Source: Bacteroidota bacterium
GTDB lineage: Bacteria; Bacteroidota; Bacteroidia; UBA7662; CANHCV01
DNA length: 64,000 bases
NCBI GenBank assembly: GCA_947501265.1
Contig: CANMVY010000003.1
Coordinates: forward strand, 204,676-268,675
Reading direction: 5' to 3'
Both the position numbers and the translations under genes were made by a program. The notes under the pieces were generated by a model. It was not told the origin of the DNA. It saw only the letters and a list, made by a program, of their open reading frames with translations, and ran no database searches. Positions 10,401 to 20,211 of the stretch are shown one piece after another. Numbering within the stretch: position 1 is the stretch's first letter; the number at the start of each line of letters is the position of its first letter.

Positions 10401-12445
10401 AAAAACCAGGATGGAGTCAAAGCCACCCCGAACATTGGAAAACAACGTCGTTGGACAGCTTGACTTTCAATCCTGTTTCAAAAATGTTCGCTTTTGATTC
10501 TCTCTCGGTTGAATTAAAGGTGTTAATGGAACGTTTTGCCACCTCAGGACGTGGTTTTTACATTTCTGGCAAACAGCCACCCGGTTCGGGATCGGTTAAC
10601 GGTGCCGGCGTTTGTGCTGGTCGTAACTTAATTGTGGCCGATTTTAACGGTAAAACTTTAGAGCCTAGTTATTATATAGCATGTGGTTCGACTACCAATT
10701 ACCGATCTTACGCTGCTTTCAACATGTCGCTACCGGCCGATCGAACTCGATTTGTGGATCATATCAATCGAACGATTCCAAATGGAAATTTCGTTTGCGT
10801 TTCTTCGTATTATCCAGGATCCACGAGCCGCCCCTTTATCCAAATTCAAAACTGGAATGATTCGGTGATGCAAGCCTTGGTAACCATTGGGGTAGATACC
10901 AACTTGGTTCGAGGGGTAACCAACGACTCAACCTCAATAGGGATTATTGGTCGAAAAGGATGGAGTTATGGAACTTCGAGTTTTGGTTCTTTGCTTGATA
11001 CCAACATTGCCAATGCCGGTTTAGATACTTTTGGATTAACCAGGGTCGTAAAAATTCCATTTTCAAAAGGTAGAATTACCAGTATTCCCATTGGACCGGT
11101 GAAAGAATGGGATTCGTTTACTTGGGATTGGAATACCTTAGATTCTGTTAGGATTGATCCATTTAAAAGTACCTTCGACACGGTTTCAGTTTCCATTGTT
11201 GGGATTGACTCTGCCGGACAAGAAGTTCATTTGTTGGGTCCGACTACGGATTCGTTGATTTATTTGAAATCAATTTCGGCCCAAGCTTACCCGAAGATAA
11301 AATTGGTTTTTGAAGGAATTGATCCTACCGATTTTAGCGCACCCCAATTGAAAATTTGGAGTGTTAATTTTCAGCCCTTGTTGGAAGGAACCATGCTCGC
11401 TGGAAATTATTACAGTTTTTATTCCGATTCCATTCAAGAAGGAGATTCCATTCAAATGGAATATGCTTTCAAGAATATTGGAAATGAAGTTCTTGCCGAT
11501 TATCAAATTCGTTACCGAATCACCAATGCCAATCGAGTAACAACAGAGGTTTTAAGTTCAAAATTGGATAGCTTGCTACCAAATCAACTGTTGCGTTTAA
11601 AACAGAAATTTCCAACGGAAGGGTTGGTGGGCTCAAATTCCATTGAGTTAAGCGTTTTGCCTAATCAGGCACAAGGCGAACGTATCCTTTCAAACAATTA
11701 TGCAAAAGATCGGTTTGTGGTTATTAAAGATCGAAAAGCACCACTGCTTGAAGTTGAATTGGATCAACAGCCACTCATTAATCAAGAAATCGTTTCTCCC
11801 AATCCAATTTTTCAGTTCAGAATAACCGATGAAAATCCGTTTTTCAGTTTAAACGATACCACTCATTTAAAGGTGTTTTTGAAAGTTCCAGGTGCATTTG
11901 ATTTTGAGCCGATTTATTTTGCAGGTGGTTTATTAAGGTGGGGAAATACAGGCAAAACCAACGTTGGCGAAGCAACTTTTTCCCCAAAAAGCTTGATCGA
12001 CGGGTGGTACGAGTTAAAAGTAGAAGGTTTTGATTATTCCGAAAATCCATCCGGCAAAGTATCGTATCAATCTACCTTCCAAGTAATTAACCAGTCAAGC
12101 ATCTCCAACTTTTTCCCTTATCCCAATCCGTTTACTACCCAAACCCGCTTTGTTTTTACCCTAACAGGTTCTGAAGTTCCAGATGAAATTTCCATTCAGA
12201 TTTATACCATTTCTGGCCGATTGGTTCGGGAAATAACCCAACGTGAAATTGGCCCGCTTCGCATTGGTCATAATGTGTCATCCTTTGCTTGGGATGGTAC
12301 TGATCAATTCGGTGATCGCCTTGGAAATGGGGTATATTTTTACCGTGTTTTGGTTAAGCAAAAAGGTGAAAAGATGAATGAGTTCAAAACCTCAGGTGAT
12401 CGGTTCTTTAAAAATGGGATGGGAAAACTTTATTTGATGCGATGA
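7427..12445 (+). CDS. C25 family (gingipain-like) cysteine peptidase with a T9SS type-A C-terminal sorting domain
   Basis: Signal peptide MSSLYKSKTWAFFAFSLFFVIQSLAQ at an internal Met (track ORF starts at 7352 inside the kinase). Catalytic His in YFGHGSTNT and Cys in MLFNGCYVGNAF, spaced as in gingipains. C-terminal FPYPNPF...YFYRVLV T9SS tail. Confidence 0.7.
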   Translation: MSSLYKSKTWAFFAFSLFFVIQSLAQPFSNSWVNLNQTYRKIKIGKEGVYKIDFQKIVNGGFPSTIDPRNIQLFCKGIEVPLYAEGQSDGLLDPSDFFLFHGTSNDGWLDSTLYVPRTSQPQSFVSLYTDTSVYFLTVGNQPGLRFQDFDGSNTVGNPELFYNHTVTRVDTNAYYLGVPYFSNYFSEMGEGEGWMGQRVQVINNPTAAPVRQDVNFNFSFLTPFKSTQAVPCTLDLQFYGVSNADVSNVPSGYNHHIQVKQGTTVLLDTLFYGLTRVKKILLFPTLVNNPTFTLTIVDDQNLAVDAIAFSYAQLTYPRTFEMSDTTQRRFTFEGTSASPYLRFSPFKNAALASPMLFDLQQRYAIRGSVVGNSFNTMLPGSGPAFQYFLFDYFSHPELIDSLWPVRMVNHQTPVNPQYIMIFHPSLQNATIAHATYRSSVQGGGYRVALVNILDLYDQFSFGIQHPLAIRNYIQYLFGTQSQAPQFLLLVGKGYVSDYVRKRRGSITAQNNLIPTMGNPASDILLTSGLGGSRLEPALPTGRISARTNAEAEFFLSKIRSTETSPPAVWQKEIALITGAKSAFELNDIAQYQNAFFDSIRGIPFGAFSYKVEKNTTLPVSNKLKGEIIDKVNQGLGIFSYFGHGSTNTLAIDIGQPSEYGNQGKYPFMLFNGCYVGNAFEDNSLGEKFTLANQIGASGWLAHSYLGLVPYLGELSKRFFGSVQRNYGQPVGVHLQNAMRSFQGIGGEYTKIHIQQAIFQGDPAMRLFSPPKPDFSISSPDVYLDPDPANALMDSISLKILINNAGRSTDDSINIHVGRKVENGIDTFGIPIRIKPPYNKGLYSYTFRSPGQKYQGSNQFTVILDSINEVDELDNWINNRVQYKYFLPGNGITVISPADFDIVGTDTLKILLQYSDLKNISTPVILEIDTLPSFNSGFRQRILPSSSNNLIEVNVPISGLQDSLVFFLRAKLDLPDTAGGYWINRTFTRLIGQKPGWSQSHPEHWKTTSLDSLTFNPVSKMFAFDSLSVELKVLMERFATSGRGFYISGKQPPGSGSVNGAGVCAGRNLIVADFNGKTLEPSYYIACGSTTNYRSYAAFNMSLPADRTRFVDHINRTIPNGNFVCVSSYYPGSTSRPFIQIQNWNDSVMQALVTIGVDTNLVRGVTNDSTSIGIIGRKGWSYGTSSFGSLLDTNIANAGLDTFGLTRVVKIPFSKGRITSIPIGPVKEWDSFTWDWNTLDSVRIDPFKSTFDTVSVSIVGIDSAGQEVHLLGPTTDSLIYLKSISAQAYPKIKLVFEGIDPTDFSAPQLKIWSVNFQPLLEGTMLAGNYYSFYSDSIQEGDSIQMEYAFKNIGNEVLADYQIRYRITNANRVTTEVLSSKLDSLLPNQLLRLKQKFPTEGLVGSNSIELSVLPNQAQGERILSNNYAKDRFVVIKDRKAPLLEVELDQQPLINQEIVSPNPIFQFRITDENPFFSLNDTTHLKVFLKVPGAFDFEPIYFAGGLLRWGNTGKTNVGEATFSPKSLIDGWYELKVEGFDYSENPSGKVSYQSTFQVINQSSISNFFPYPNPFTTQTRFVFTLTGSEVPDEISIQIYTISGRLVREITQREIGPLRIGHNVSSFAWDGTDQFGDRLGNGVYFYRVLVKQKGEKMNEFKTSGDRFFKNGMGKLYLMR

Positions 12446-13509
12446 AGGTGTTTTTGATGTGGTGGTATCGACTGGTTCTAAACACGTTTCAAAAGATCTT
12501 CTTTCGTCCAATCGCGCCAACAGAACAGGCCATTACGCTGCTCGTTTGGCGCGATGCTCATTTAGGAGATGGACTTCTTTCTTTACCATCTTTGCTTCGT
12601 ATCCGTCACAATTTCCCCAACGCCAAAATCATTCTCCTTTCGCACAACGATGGAATTCCAGGAATTCATTTTAAAGATTATCTCCAAGATGGCATTGCCG
12701 AAGAAATTTGGGATCGCTCGAATTGGACTTTGGGCCAACTCATTCAAACAATAAAAGAAAACAACCTTCTACACCTGATTGCCTTGATGCCCTATAGCGC
12801 ATCGCTTAAATGGAACATGGTTTCCATGGTGATGATGAAAATGGCGGGTATAAAACACGCCGGTGGTTGGAAAAAAGAAACTACCTTTCTGGCGAAGCGA
12901 TGGTTATCAAGATCTTCATTTCCATCAGAATTGGATCGTTTAGAGGGATTATTAACCGATTTGGATTTAACCAAGATTGGAAATTTGGATGCGTTGCCCA
13001 TTCAAGTCGATCGTCATGAGCAAAATCGTGAAGGTGGTCATTTCATCATCTTTGCGCCGTTCACCAAAGGAATAGCCAATGCTTGGCCCGATGAAAATTG
13101 GATTCAACTTGGAATCGAAATTCAAAGAAAGCAACCCATGCCTATCGTTATTGTTGGAGGGAAAGGAGATCGGACCAAAGCAGAGGAATGGATTCAAAAA
13201 TGGGGGAGTGGGAGATTCGAACATGTTCCCATCCCCGCCTTGCATACGTTGGTGATGCAGTCAAAAATGGTGATTGGTGCTGATTCTGGCGTGATTCATT
13301 TGGCTAATCTTCTGAAAAAGGAAAACATTGTTTTATTTGGAAATAGCGATTATCGAGGGAAATGGGCGCATCCTGAAAATCCAAATCAAACCATGTTGGC
13401 GCCTTCCAAATCGTGCATGAAGTGTTTAGGCAAACGAAATCGTCCCTGCCATTGCATGAATTACTTGTCCTTGGAAGCTGTTCTTACTGCAATGGCTTCA
13501 TACGATTGA
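12442..13509 (+). CDS. Glycosyltransferase family 9 (heptosyltransferase-like)
   Basis: GT9 motifs IIFAPFTKGIANAWP, IVIVGGKGD and MVIGADSGVIHLANLL. ATGA overlap with upstream gene. Confidence 0.7.
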   Translation: MKVFLMWWYRLVLNTFQKIFFRPIAPTEQAITLLVWRDAHLGDGLLSLPSLLRIRHNFPNAKIILLSHNDGIPGIHFKDYLQDGIAEEIWDRSNWTLGQLIQTIKENNLLHLIALMPYSASLKWNMVSMVMMKMAGIKHAGGWKKETTFLAKRWLSRSSFPSELDRLEGLLTDLDLTKIGNLDALPIQVDRHEQNREGGHFIIFAPFTKGIANAWPDENWIQLGIEIQRKQPMPIVIVGGKGDRTKAEEWIQKWGSGRFEHVPIPALHTLVMQSKMVIGADSGVIHLANLLKKENIVLFGNSDYRGKWAHPENPNQTMLAPSKSCMKCLGKRNRPCHCMNYLSLEAVLTAMASYD

Positions 13510-14584
13510 ATCAGGGTAGACCAATCGTGTTTTTTTGCCCAATTTCGGGCTGAAGTTGAAAATTCGGAGTAATGAGTCATGATTTTCTCGATGGCTTCAG
13601 CCAATTCTGCACTGTTTTTTTGATCGATTAGAAATCCGGTTTTCCCTTGTTCGATCGCATCAGCGATGCCAGAATTGCTGCTTCCTATGGCGGGCACTCC
13701 AAAAATATTGGCTTCCAACACAGCAATTCCGAAACCTTCGAAACTTCCGCTTGGGGTATGGTCGCTGAGCATGGCTTTGATATCGCTTCCGTGTAATTTT
13801 TCCATGAGTTCTTCTCTAGAAACCATTCCATGGAAGGTAAGGTGAGATGAAACCCCCAGTTCCTGAGCTTTTTTCTCCATGCGGATTCGCTCTGAGGGCT
13901 TGCCTACAATGTGGTAGTGAATCGAAGGGAAGTGGTTGAGTAGCACCGGTAAGGCCTCAATAACATTCATCTGTCCTTTTCGCTGACTAACATTTCCGAG
14001 CGTGATGATGGAGGGATTTCCCAATAGTTTTTTCGGCGTTTGTTGAAGTTCAAATTGAAATTCATCCGAAGTTATTCCATTGGGAATAATGGTGATTGGT
14101 TTTTGATTTTGAATGTTTTGAGGAATGAATTGAGCCGTATACCGAGAAACTGAGATGATTTCTGCCATTTTTGACAAGCTCCAAGTGGTTAATTTCTTTA
14201 GCCATTTATTTTTCAAATCCAATTCGCTTCCATGAACCACCGCAAAAAGAGCCTTTCTTCCTTTGATCAGTTGAAGAAGTGCGCCAGTCCAAAGTGAAAA
14301 TTTACCGCTGCATAGAACTACATCGTAGCTTTTTTGGTGCTGAATCGCTTTAAAAATTCGATGAATATAGGTTGATACCACGAATGAACTCCTTGGGATC
14401 CACTGAATTTTGAAAGGTTGTTGCTGTTCAAATTTCTTTAGATTTTCTTTCGTTTGCGTTAATGAATCTGCAATTACAAGAACATCATGTCCGTTTTTTG
14501 ACAAATTCAAAGCAACGTTATAACCGTGATTCCCAATTCCGCCAACATTTGGTGGAAATTCGGAAGAAAGAATCAGAATTTTCA
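13461..14584 (-). CDS. Glycosyltransferase family 4
   Basis: MKILILSSEFPPNVGGIGNH N-terminus (internal Met of track ORF). C-terminal EGFGIAVLEA motif. Confidence 0.7.
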
Positions 14585-15217
14585 TGGTGCAAAAATAGGG
14601 ATTACCTCGGCTATTGGATGGAAAAGAAACTGTTTCCCTGATGATTGTTCGGTACAAACGATTCTGGTACGTCTTTTTTCTCCTTTTTCGTAAATTTTAT
14701 CTCGGAATTCAAATTTTGTATGAAGTGGGAGCGAATCTAAATGAACAAATGGATGGTCTTCTTTTCGTTCGTCGTAAGATTTTAAGACCATCAGAAGGTG
14801 TGGGTCGGAACAGCTGGATGCTTTGACGCTTTTCAAATGTTTCTGCAATGCCAACTCAATGTCGTTAGGAAAAATGTGGTGTTTTATGAAGGGCTCCAAC
14901 ATGATTTTAAATTGGTTTTTCCATTCTTCACCGTGTGGGGGTACTGAATTTTTAAATTGAATGTAAGTGAAACAATGTGCGATTTCGTGAAGAAGGGTAA
15001 CCAAGAATTGGTAAGGATTTAGGGTGCCGTTGATGGATATTTGATGCCCTTTTCCGTTGAATGGCGACCGATAATCGCCCAATTTGGTACTGCGATCTCG
15101 GGTAATTCGAATGGAAATTTGATGATCGTAAATGAGTTTTACGAGGGGTTCAATGGTTACTGGAGGAAGATAGGGCGATAACCCTGTTCGCAGTTTTTCG
15201 ATGGTTAAGCTAGCCAT
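14582..15217 (-). CDS. SprT-like zinc metalloprotease family protein
   Basis: HEIAH zinc motif and SprT-like N-terminal region (ISIRITRDRSTKLGDYR). Confidence 0.55.
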   Translation of the reverse strand: MASLTIEKLRTGLSPYLPPVTIEPLVKLIYDHQISIRITRDRSTKLGDYRSPFNGKGHQISINGTLNPYQFLVTLLHEIAHCFTYIQFKNSVPPHGEEWKNQFKIMLEPFIKHHIFPNDIELALQKHLKSVKASSCSDPHLLMVLKSYDERKEDHPFVHLDSLPLHTKFEFRDKIYEKGEKRRTRIVCTEQSSGKQFLFHPIAEVIPIFAP

Positions 15218-17163
15218 TGGTAAACCAATAAAGAACTAAGGTACGCCAAAGCCGTTAAATACCCGAGTTGAATGAGGGGCCATTTCCAAGAATTGGTTTC
15301 TTTTTTGGTGACGGCCAGGGTGCTCATGCATTGCATGGCGAAAGCATAGAAAATGAGCAACGACCATACGGTGGCCTCTGAATACACCCGTTTTCCGGTT
15401 ACCGGATTGATTTCATTTCGAAGTTGTTCGGTAAGTGATTTCTCGGCATGATCGGTTTCTTCCAATGCGTAAATGGTACTCATGGTGCCAACAAACACTT
15501 CACGAGCCGCAAAAGAGGTAATAAGGCTAATTCCAATTTTCCAATCGAAACCAAGCGGTTGAATGAGGGGTTCAATGGATTTTCCCAATTGCCCTGCGTA
15601 CGATAGCTCTAATTTTTCTTTGGCTATTTGCAGGGCCTGCTGCTCATTTTGGGCCGTGGTGTTTTTCAGTTCTTGGAAGCGGTCGCTCGGTCCAAAACTT
15701 TGCAAAACCCATAAAACCAATGAAATCAATAAAATCACTTTTCCGGCTCCTCCAACAAAACTCATCGATTTATCGAAAACATTTTGAAATACGTTTTTCC
15801 ACCGTGGTTTTTGAAAAATGGGCAATTCTAAGATAAAAAACGAAACGCTTCGATCTGAAATGAAAAAATGAAAAACCCATGCCATCACTAAAGAGGCAAC
15901 AATTCCCAATAAATAAAACAGGGTAAGCATCATGCCACGATAGTCGAAAATCCACCAAGATTGTTCTTCTGTTTGGGAGAAAAGTCCTATCAGAACGGTG
16001 TAAACCGGTAAACGAGCCGAACAGCTCATCAATGGGGTAACTAAAATGGTGATGATGCGCTCTTTCCAACTTCCAATATTTCGGGTACTCATGATGGCCG
16101 GAACCGCACAAGCCATTCCACTTGAAAGTGGAACAATGGATTTTCCATTCAATCCGAAACGGCGAAGGGTTCGATCTAAAAGGAAACTTACGCGAGCCAT
16201 GTAGCCGCTTTCTTCCAAAATACTCAAAAAGAAAAACAACAAAGCAATTTGAGGAACAAACACAACAATTCCCCCAATTCCGCTTAATAATCCGTTGGTG
16301 ATTAAATCACTCCACCAAGTGGTTGGTAATAAATCACTAATTTTCTCAGAAACAAAAGAAAACCCCGTTTCAATCCACTCCATCGGGTAACTCGAAATCG
16401 AGAAAATCAATTGGAATTGAAGAAAGAAAATCAAAACAAAAATTACATAACCCCAAAAAGGATGAAGAATCCATCGGTCTAAGGTAGATGACTTGATTCT
16501 TCTAGTTACCTCTTGGTGTTTTTCAATTTTTTTGATTAACCCAGCAATAATTTTATACCGATCAAGTACTTCAAGGGATTTGGCTTTGCGGGTTTCTTCT
16601 CCGTTATCTTCCAAAGAACTTTTAAGAAAATCGCGGTAAGTGGTCTGATCTCCGCAAGATGAAATGCGAATTTTTCCAATTTTCGCTTGTTTAATGGTGT
16701 TTTTTAACCACAAAAGCGAATCCGATTGGCGGGCATTCATGAGAACCACTGGAATACCAAGGAGTTCTTCCATTCGATCGGTATCGATCACAATTCCTTC
16801 CTTTTCGGCAACGTCGGCCATGGTGAGCACCAGCATGGATGGAATGCCTAAATCGATGGCTTGGGTAATGAGAAGAAGATTTCGCTTCATGGTGGTGGCG
16901 TCGCCCACGATCATAACAACATGGGGTGTTTCCTCCAATAGGCTTCGGGTGGTGATTTCCTCGTCGGGAGACGATGGATGCAAGCTGTACAATCCTGGTA
17001 AATCTTCCAGAATGTACGATTCTCCTTGGGCCAAGAATGTTCCGGTTTTCTTTTCAACCGTTACACCTGAATAGTTGCCAACCTTTTGTTTTAATCCCGT
17101 TAATATGTTGAAAATGGAGGTTTTTCCGCAATTGGGATTTCCAACCAAAGCAATTTTTTTCAT
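15205..17163 (-). CDS. feoB: Ferrous iron transport protein B
   Basis: G-protein N-terminus MKKIALVGNPNCGKTSIFN. Large polytopic membrane C-terminal domain. Confidence 0.9.
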   Translation of the reverse strand: MKKIALVGNPNCGKTSIFNILTGLKQKVGNYSGVTVEKKTGTFLAQGESYILEDLPGLYSLHPSSPDEEITTRSLLEETPHVVMIVGDATTMKRNLLLITQAIDLGIPSMLVLTMADVAEKEGIVIDTDRMEELLGIPVVLMNARQSDSLLWLKNTIKQAKIGKIRISSCGDQTTYRDFLKSSLEDNGEETRKAKSLEVLDRYKIIAGLIKKIEKHQEVTRRIKSSTLDRWILHPFWGYVIFVLIFFLQFQLIFSISSYPMEWIETGFSFVSEKISDLLPTTWWSDLITNGLLSGIGGIVVFVPQIALLFFFLSILEESGYMARVSFLLDRTLRRFGLNGKSIVPLSSGMACAVPAIMSTRNIGSWKERIITILVTPLMSCSARLPVYTVLIGLFSQTEEQSWWIFDYRGMMLTLFYLLGIVASLVMAWVFHFFISDRSVSFFILELPIFQKPRWKNVFQNVFDKSMSFVGGAGKVILLISLVLWVLQSFGPSDRFQELKNTTAQNEQQALQIAKEKLELSYAGQLGKSIEPLIQPLGFDWKIGISLITSFAAREVFVGTMSTIYALEETDHAEKSLTEQLRNEINPVTGKRVYSEATVWSLLIFYAFAMQCMSTLAVTKKETNSWKWPLIQLGYLTALAYLSSLLVYQWLA

Positions 17164-17393
17164 GCCAATTCGGTTGGTAATACTTCAATGGTTTCTGCTT
17201 CCGACTTGCGAAGAGCCAAGGAATACCCAAGAATTTTAATGGCAATGGGATCTCCATAAGGAGCACAGTGGATGATCTCCAATTCTTCTCCTGGAAGGCA
17301 CCCCATCTCTAATAAACGATTTGAAAAAATAGCGTCATCAATGCTCACGATGGTGGCCTTTTGACCCATTTTCAAATCGGTTAATTTCATGTT
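17160..17393 (-). CDS. feoA: Ferrous iron transport protein A
   Basis: MKLTDLKMGQKATIVSI...GCLPGEELEIIH FeoA SH3-like fold. Start placed at internal Met; the track ORF's N-terminal extension is implausible. Confidence 0.75.
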   Translation of the reverse strand, partial: NMKLTDLKMGQKATIVSIDDAIFSNRLLEMGCLPGEELEIIHCAPYGDPIAIKILGYSLALRKSEAETIEVLPTELA

Positions 17394-17573
17394 GCAAAAG
17401 TCGGAATTATTTGGAAACTTTCTAAATAATTTTTCCCTATCGGCGCTTTTTTTGAGGCTGACCAGAGAAAGTTGGGCACCCACAGTCGTTCTTCTTTTTG
17501 GCGCTTTTTCCTTTGTGGGTGCTGGCACATCCTCCGAATAATCCAACCATAAAGATGAAAATCAATAGCTTTT

Positions 17574-17939
17574 TCACGATTCTTTCTCCTTTCGATGAGG
17601 CATCCAAAGCCAAACGGCTTGCGAGGTTAACGAAACAACCAACGTGGTCATTACCACTACTGCAGCGATGTAAAGAGAAGGGGAGGGCAGCCCAACGATG
17701 GAAGCAACCACTTCAGCAACGTTCCATAAATGATCATGGGTTGCCCCTAGGATTAAACCTAAAACATGGGCCAATGGGGTTTTCCACCAACTCCACGGAT
17801 TAGATCGAAGTACTCCAGCAAGAATTGCAGCAATGAGCGTAGTTATCCAAGAAGGAAAGAATTGATAAACCGAAGCAAAAATGAGAATTTGGATCAGCCA
17901 CAACATAAATACCCGGTGTTTAAGGATGAAATTCATAAA
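17574..17939 (-). CDS. Hypothetical small membrane protein
   Basis: Three to four hydrophobic helices. Start trimmed to MNFILKHRVFM to avoid overlapping the acylase gene. No recognisable family. Confidence 0.4.
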   Translation of the reverse strand, partial: FMNFILKHRVFMLWLIQILIFASVYQFFPSWITTLIAAILAGVLRSNPWSWWKTPLAHVLGLILGATHDHLWNVAEVVASIVGLPSPSLYIAAVVVMTTLVVSLTSQAVWLWMPHRKEKES

Positions 17940-20211
17940 CCATTCTTGATTTAAAGGTTGAACTGATTTGTTTGCGGTACAATCCATCCCTCCAAGGTTG
18001 AATTTGATCGGAATAATGCGGGGAAAAGGATCTTCCGCTCTGACCACCAAAGTTGATGGAATAACGAATGAAACCCGTTGGGGTGAAAATGACGGTATTC
18101 CTCATGGATGCTCCGTGAATTCCCTTGCCAATTCTCAAAACATTTACGCTTCTCGGAGATCCATTGAAGGTCCATTTTCCAGCACCAAGCGCCGGAATTT
18201 TGGTGATGTGTTGAACTTCAGCTTGGTGGATTTTTCCATACGTCCAATTCCTCCAATTTTTTCCATTCAATCGAATCAAAGAATCAATCCCCAAAATCAT
18301 GCTTTTCTCCCAAATTTTTGAAACGGATTCCTGTTGTTTTTTCCCTGTGACCCATTCATTCTGCAAAAGAATCACATTCAACCGATCCGAGTGTGGAGCA
18401 AATGGAACATCGCCCAAACAAGTGGCAATCAATTCTCGGTGTAAAAAAGCACGAACAACTGAAAAAAAGGCAGCTGGAACCGATGATTCAATCATTTCAC
18501 CATCCCAATTCGCCATTTCTTTTTTCAAATCAGGATAGCTCCTCGGAATTTTAGAGAGGAATCTGGTTTTAAAATCGCCCCATTCTTCATCCACTGTTTT
18601 GGTTTGCAAAGCGATGAGATTTTGCGGACTTAACGAAGGTTGCCCCAATCCGTTTTTGATTCCTTTTGCACGAGCTTCTGGGGCAAAACTGTTCGACAAA
18701 CTATGGATGCTAGAATGATTGGATTGTGCTTGGTTGGCCGAAAAAACAAATCCTCGTTCCGGATTTTTCTCTTTAAGAACGGCTTGAGCTTTAATCCAAG
18801 GAGTGGGGAAAATAGGAGAGGTTGAACCGAAGAAGCCACACGTGGCTTGGAAAACATTTCCCGAATGATCGGCGATTACAAAATTTTGAGGTGGGTGCCC
18901 ATAGTGCTGAAGCGCATTCTCAGCATCCTGAATCGTATTGCTGTGTTCCAATTCCCAAAAAGTGAGGGCTTCATTGCTTTCTTTTACTGGTGCATTTCCG
19001 ACCCATTGAATGAGATAATTCTGACCACGAAGCGTGTCTACAATTCCATATTCGCACCGCCGAACTGAAATTTCTAAGGGTGAACTCCCGCGAATTTCGA
19101 TGATTTCTTTTTCGAATTGAGTTGGGATAGCTTTTTGGTTGATCGAAATTTGATTTTTAGAAATTTTGGAAATGGGGAAAAAGTGGGTTAATGACCATGT
19201 GGCATTGGTAATTCCCCATGCAATGGAGTCGTTGTTGCCGCTGATGATGAACGGGGAACCAGGAAGAGTGAATCCAGCTTTTTTGCACATTGGGGTTTCC
19301 AAAACAGCTTCGTACCAGGTGTTGGGCAATTGCAATTTTAAATGGGGATCATTGGAAAGTGCCGCATTGGCTTCGGTCATTTTCCATTTTCCTACGGCCC
19401 AATTGTTGGAACCCGTTTCCGTTTTTCCCGATGGTTCCACCCAATTAATACCAGATGTTGGTGCGAAATGACCAGTGGAATGATTTATCATCATGTTTGA
19501 ATGGACACCCTCAATGGAAATAGGGTTAGAGAGAATAGGATGTTGAATGGGTTGAGATTTGGGATAAAACAAGTCGAATACTTCTTTGGGAAGTAAATTT
19601 TTAGTTTCTAGGAGTGCCAAAGCTCCCTCATCGTAATTCAACGAATAATCCATGTATCGAAGTAAGTAGAACAAATCTTGTTCTTGGAAATCGGCCGGTT
19701 CAAAATCAAGAATAAAAAATTCAATGGGTTTTTCGCTGGATTTTTGTTGTTTCCATTGATCGTTGATTCCTTTGGCATAGGCTCGAAAATAAGATTTCAA
19801 CGCCTTCGGTTGTTGAGCGTACCATGACCTCCATTTTTTCGAAAATTGAAATCTTCTCCAAAAAAGATCCGAAGAGAGCGCTTTTTCACCAACAACTTCA
19901 CAAAGCGTTCCTTGAACGGTCCGTCGAATCATTTCCATTTGAAAACGACGTTCAAGTCCATGCATCCAACCTAAAAGATACGCGGCGTCGTTTTCGTTTT
20001 TCGCTTGAATTCGAGGGACTCCGAATTCATCCAATTCAACTTTACCGGTGGTTTCGCTTAAAAAACTTTGATTTTCAGGAGATTTAATTTTCATGATAAG
20101 CGGTGACTCGGCCCACATCAATAGTTTAAACAAGCGAGGCGATTCGCCGAGTCTAAAAAAAAGCAGCCACCAAATGGCAGCTGCAAAAAGAATAAAAACT
20201 ATTTTTTTCAC
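17920..20211 (-). CDS. Penicillin acylase family protein (Ntn hydrolase, S45)
   Basis: Signal peptide. SNNWAV at the predicted beta-subunit N-terminal Ser. LLGWMHGLERRFQM region. Confidence 0.8.
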   Translation of the reverse strand: MKKIVFILFAAAIWWLLFFRLGESPRLFKLLMWAESPLIMKIKSPENQSFLSETTGKVELDEFGVPRIQAKNENDAAYLLGWMHGLERRFQMEMIRRTVQGTLCEVVGEKALSSDLFWRRFQFSKKWRSWYAQQPKALKSYFRAYAKGINDQWKQQKSSEKPIEFFILDFEPADFQEQDLFYLLRYMDYSLNYDEGALALLETKNLLPKEVFDLFYPKSQPIQHPILSNPISIEGVHSNMMINHSTGHFAPTSGINWVEPSGKTETGSNNWAVGKWKMTEANAALSNDPHLKLQLPNTWYEAVLETPMCKKAGFTLPGSPFIISGNNDSIAWGITNATWSLTHFFPISKISKNQISINQKAIPTQFEKEIIEIRGSSPLEISVRRCEYGIVDTLRGQNYLIQWVGNAPVKESNEALTFWELEHSNTIQDAENALQHYGHPPQNFVIADHSGNVFQATCGFFGSTSPIFPTPWIKAQAVLKEKNPERGFVFSANQAQSNHSSIHSLSNSFAPEARAKGIKNGLGQPSLSPQNLIALQTKTVDEEWGDFKTRFLSKIPRSYPDLKKEMANWDGEMIESSVPAAFFSVVRAFLHRELIATCLGDVPFAPHSDRLNVILLQNEWVTGKKQQESVSKIWEKSMILGIDSLIRLNGKNWRNWTYGKIHQAEVQHITKIPALGAGKWTFNGSPRSVNVLRIGKGIHGASMRNTVIFTPTGFIRYSINFGGQSGRSFSPHYSDQIQPWRDGLYRKQISSTFKSRMVYEFHP

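Noticed and set aside
7427-12445. Calling the C25 peptidase the T9SS sortase PorU
   Set aside because: PorU is normally followed by porV (about a 390-aa beta-barrel), and this protein is about 400 aa longer than typical PorU. The downstream gene is a GT9 glycosyltransferase. It is kept as a generic C25 peptidase.
17394-17573. Fur-box or iron-responsive operator upstream of feoAB
   Set aside because: No clear palindromic Fur-like site or TAnnTTTG box is recognisable by eye in the feoA leader, so it is not called.
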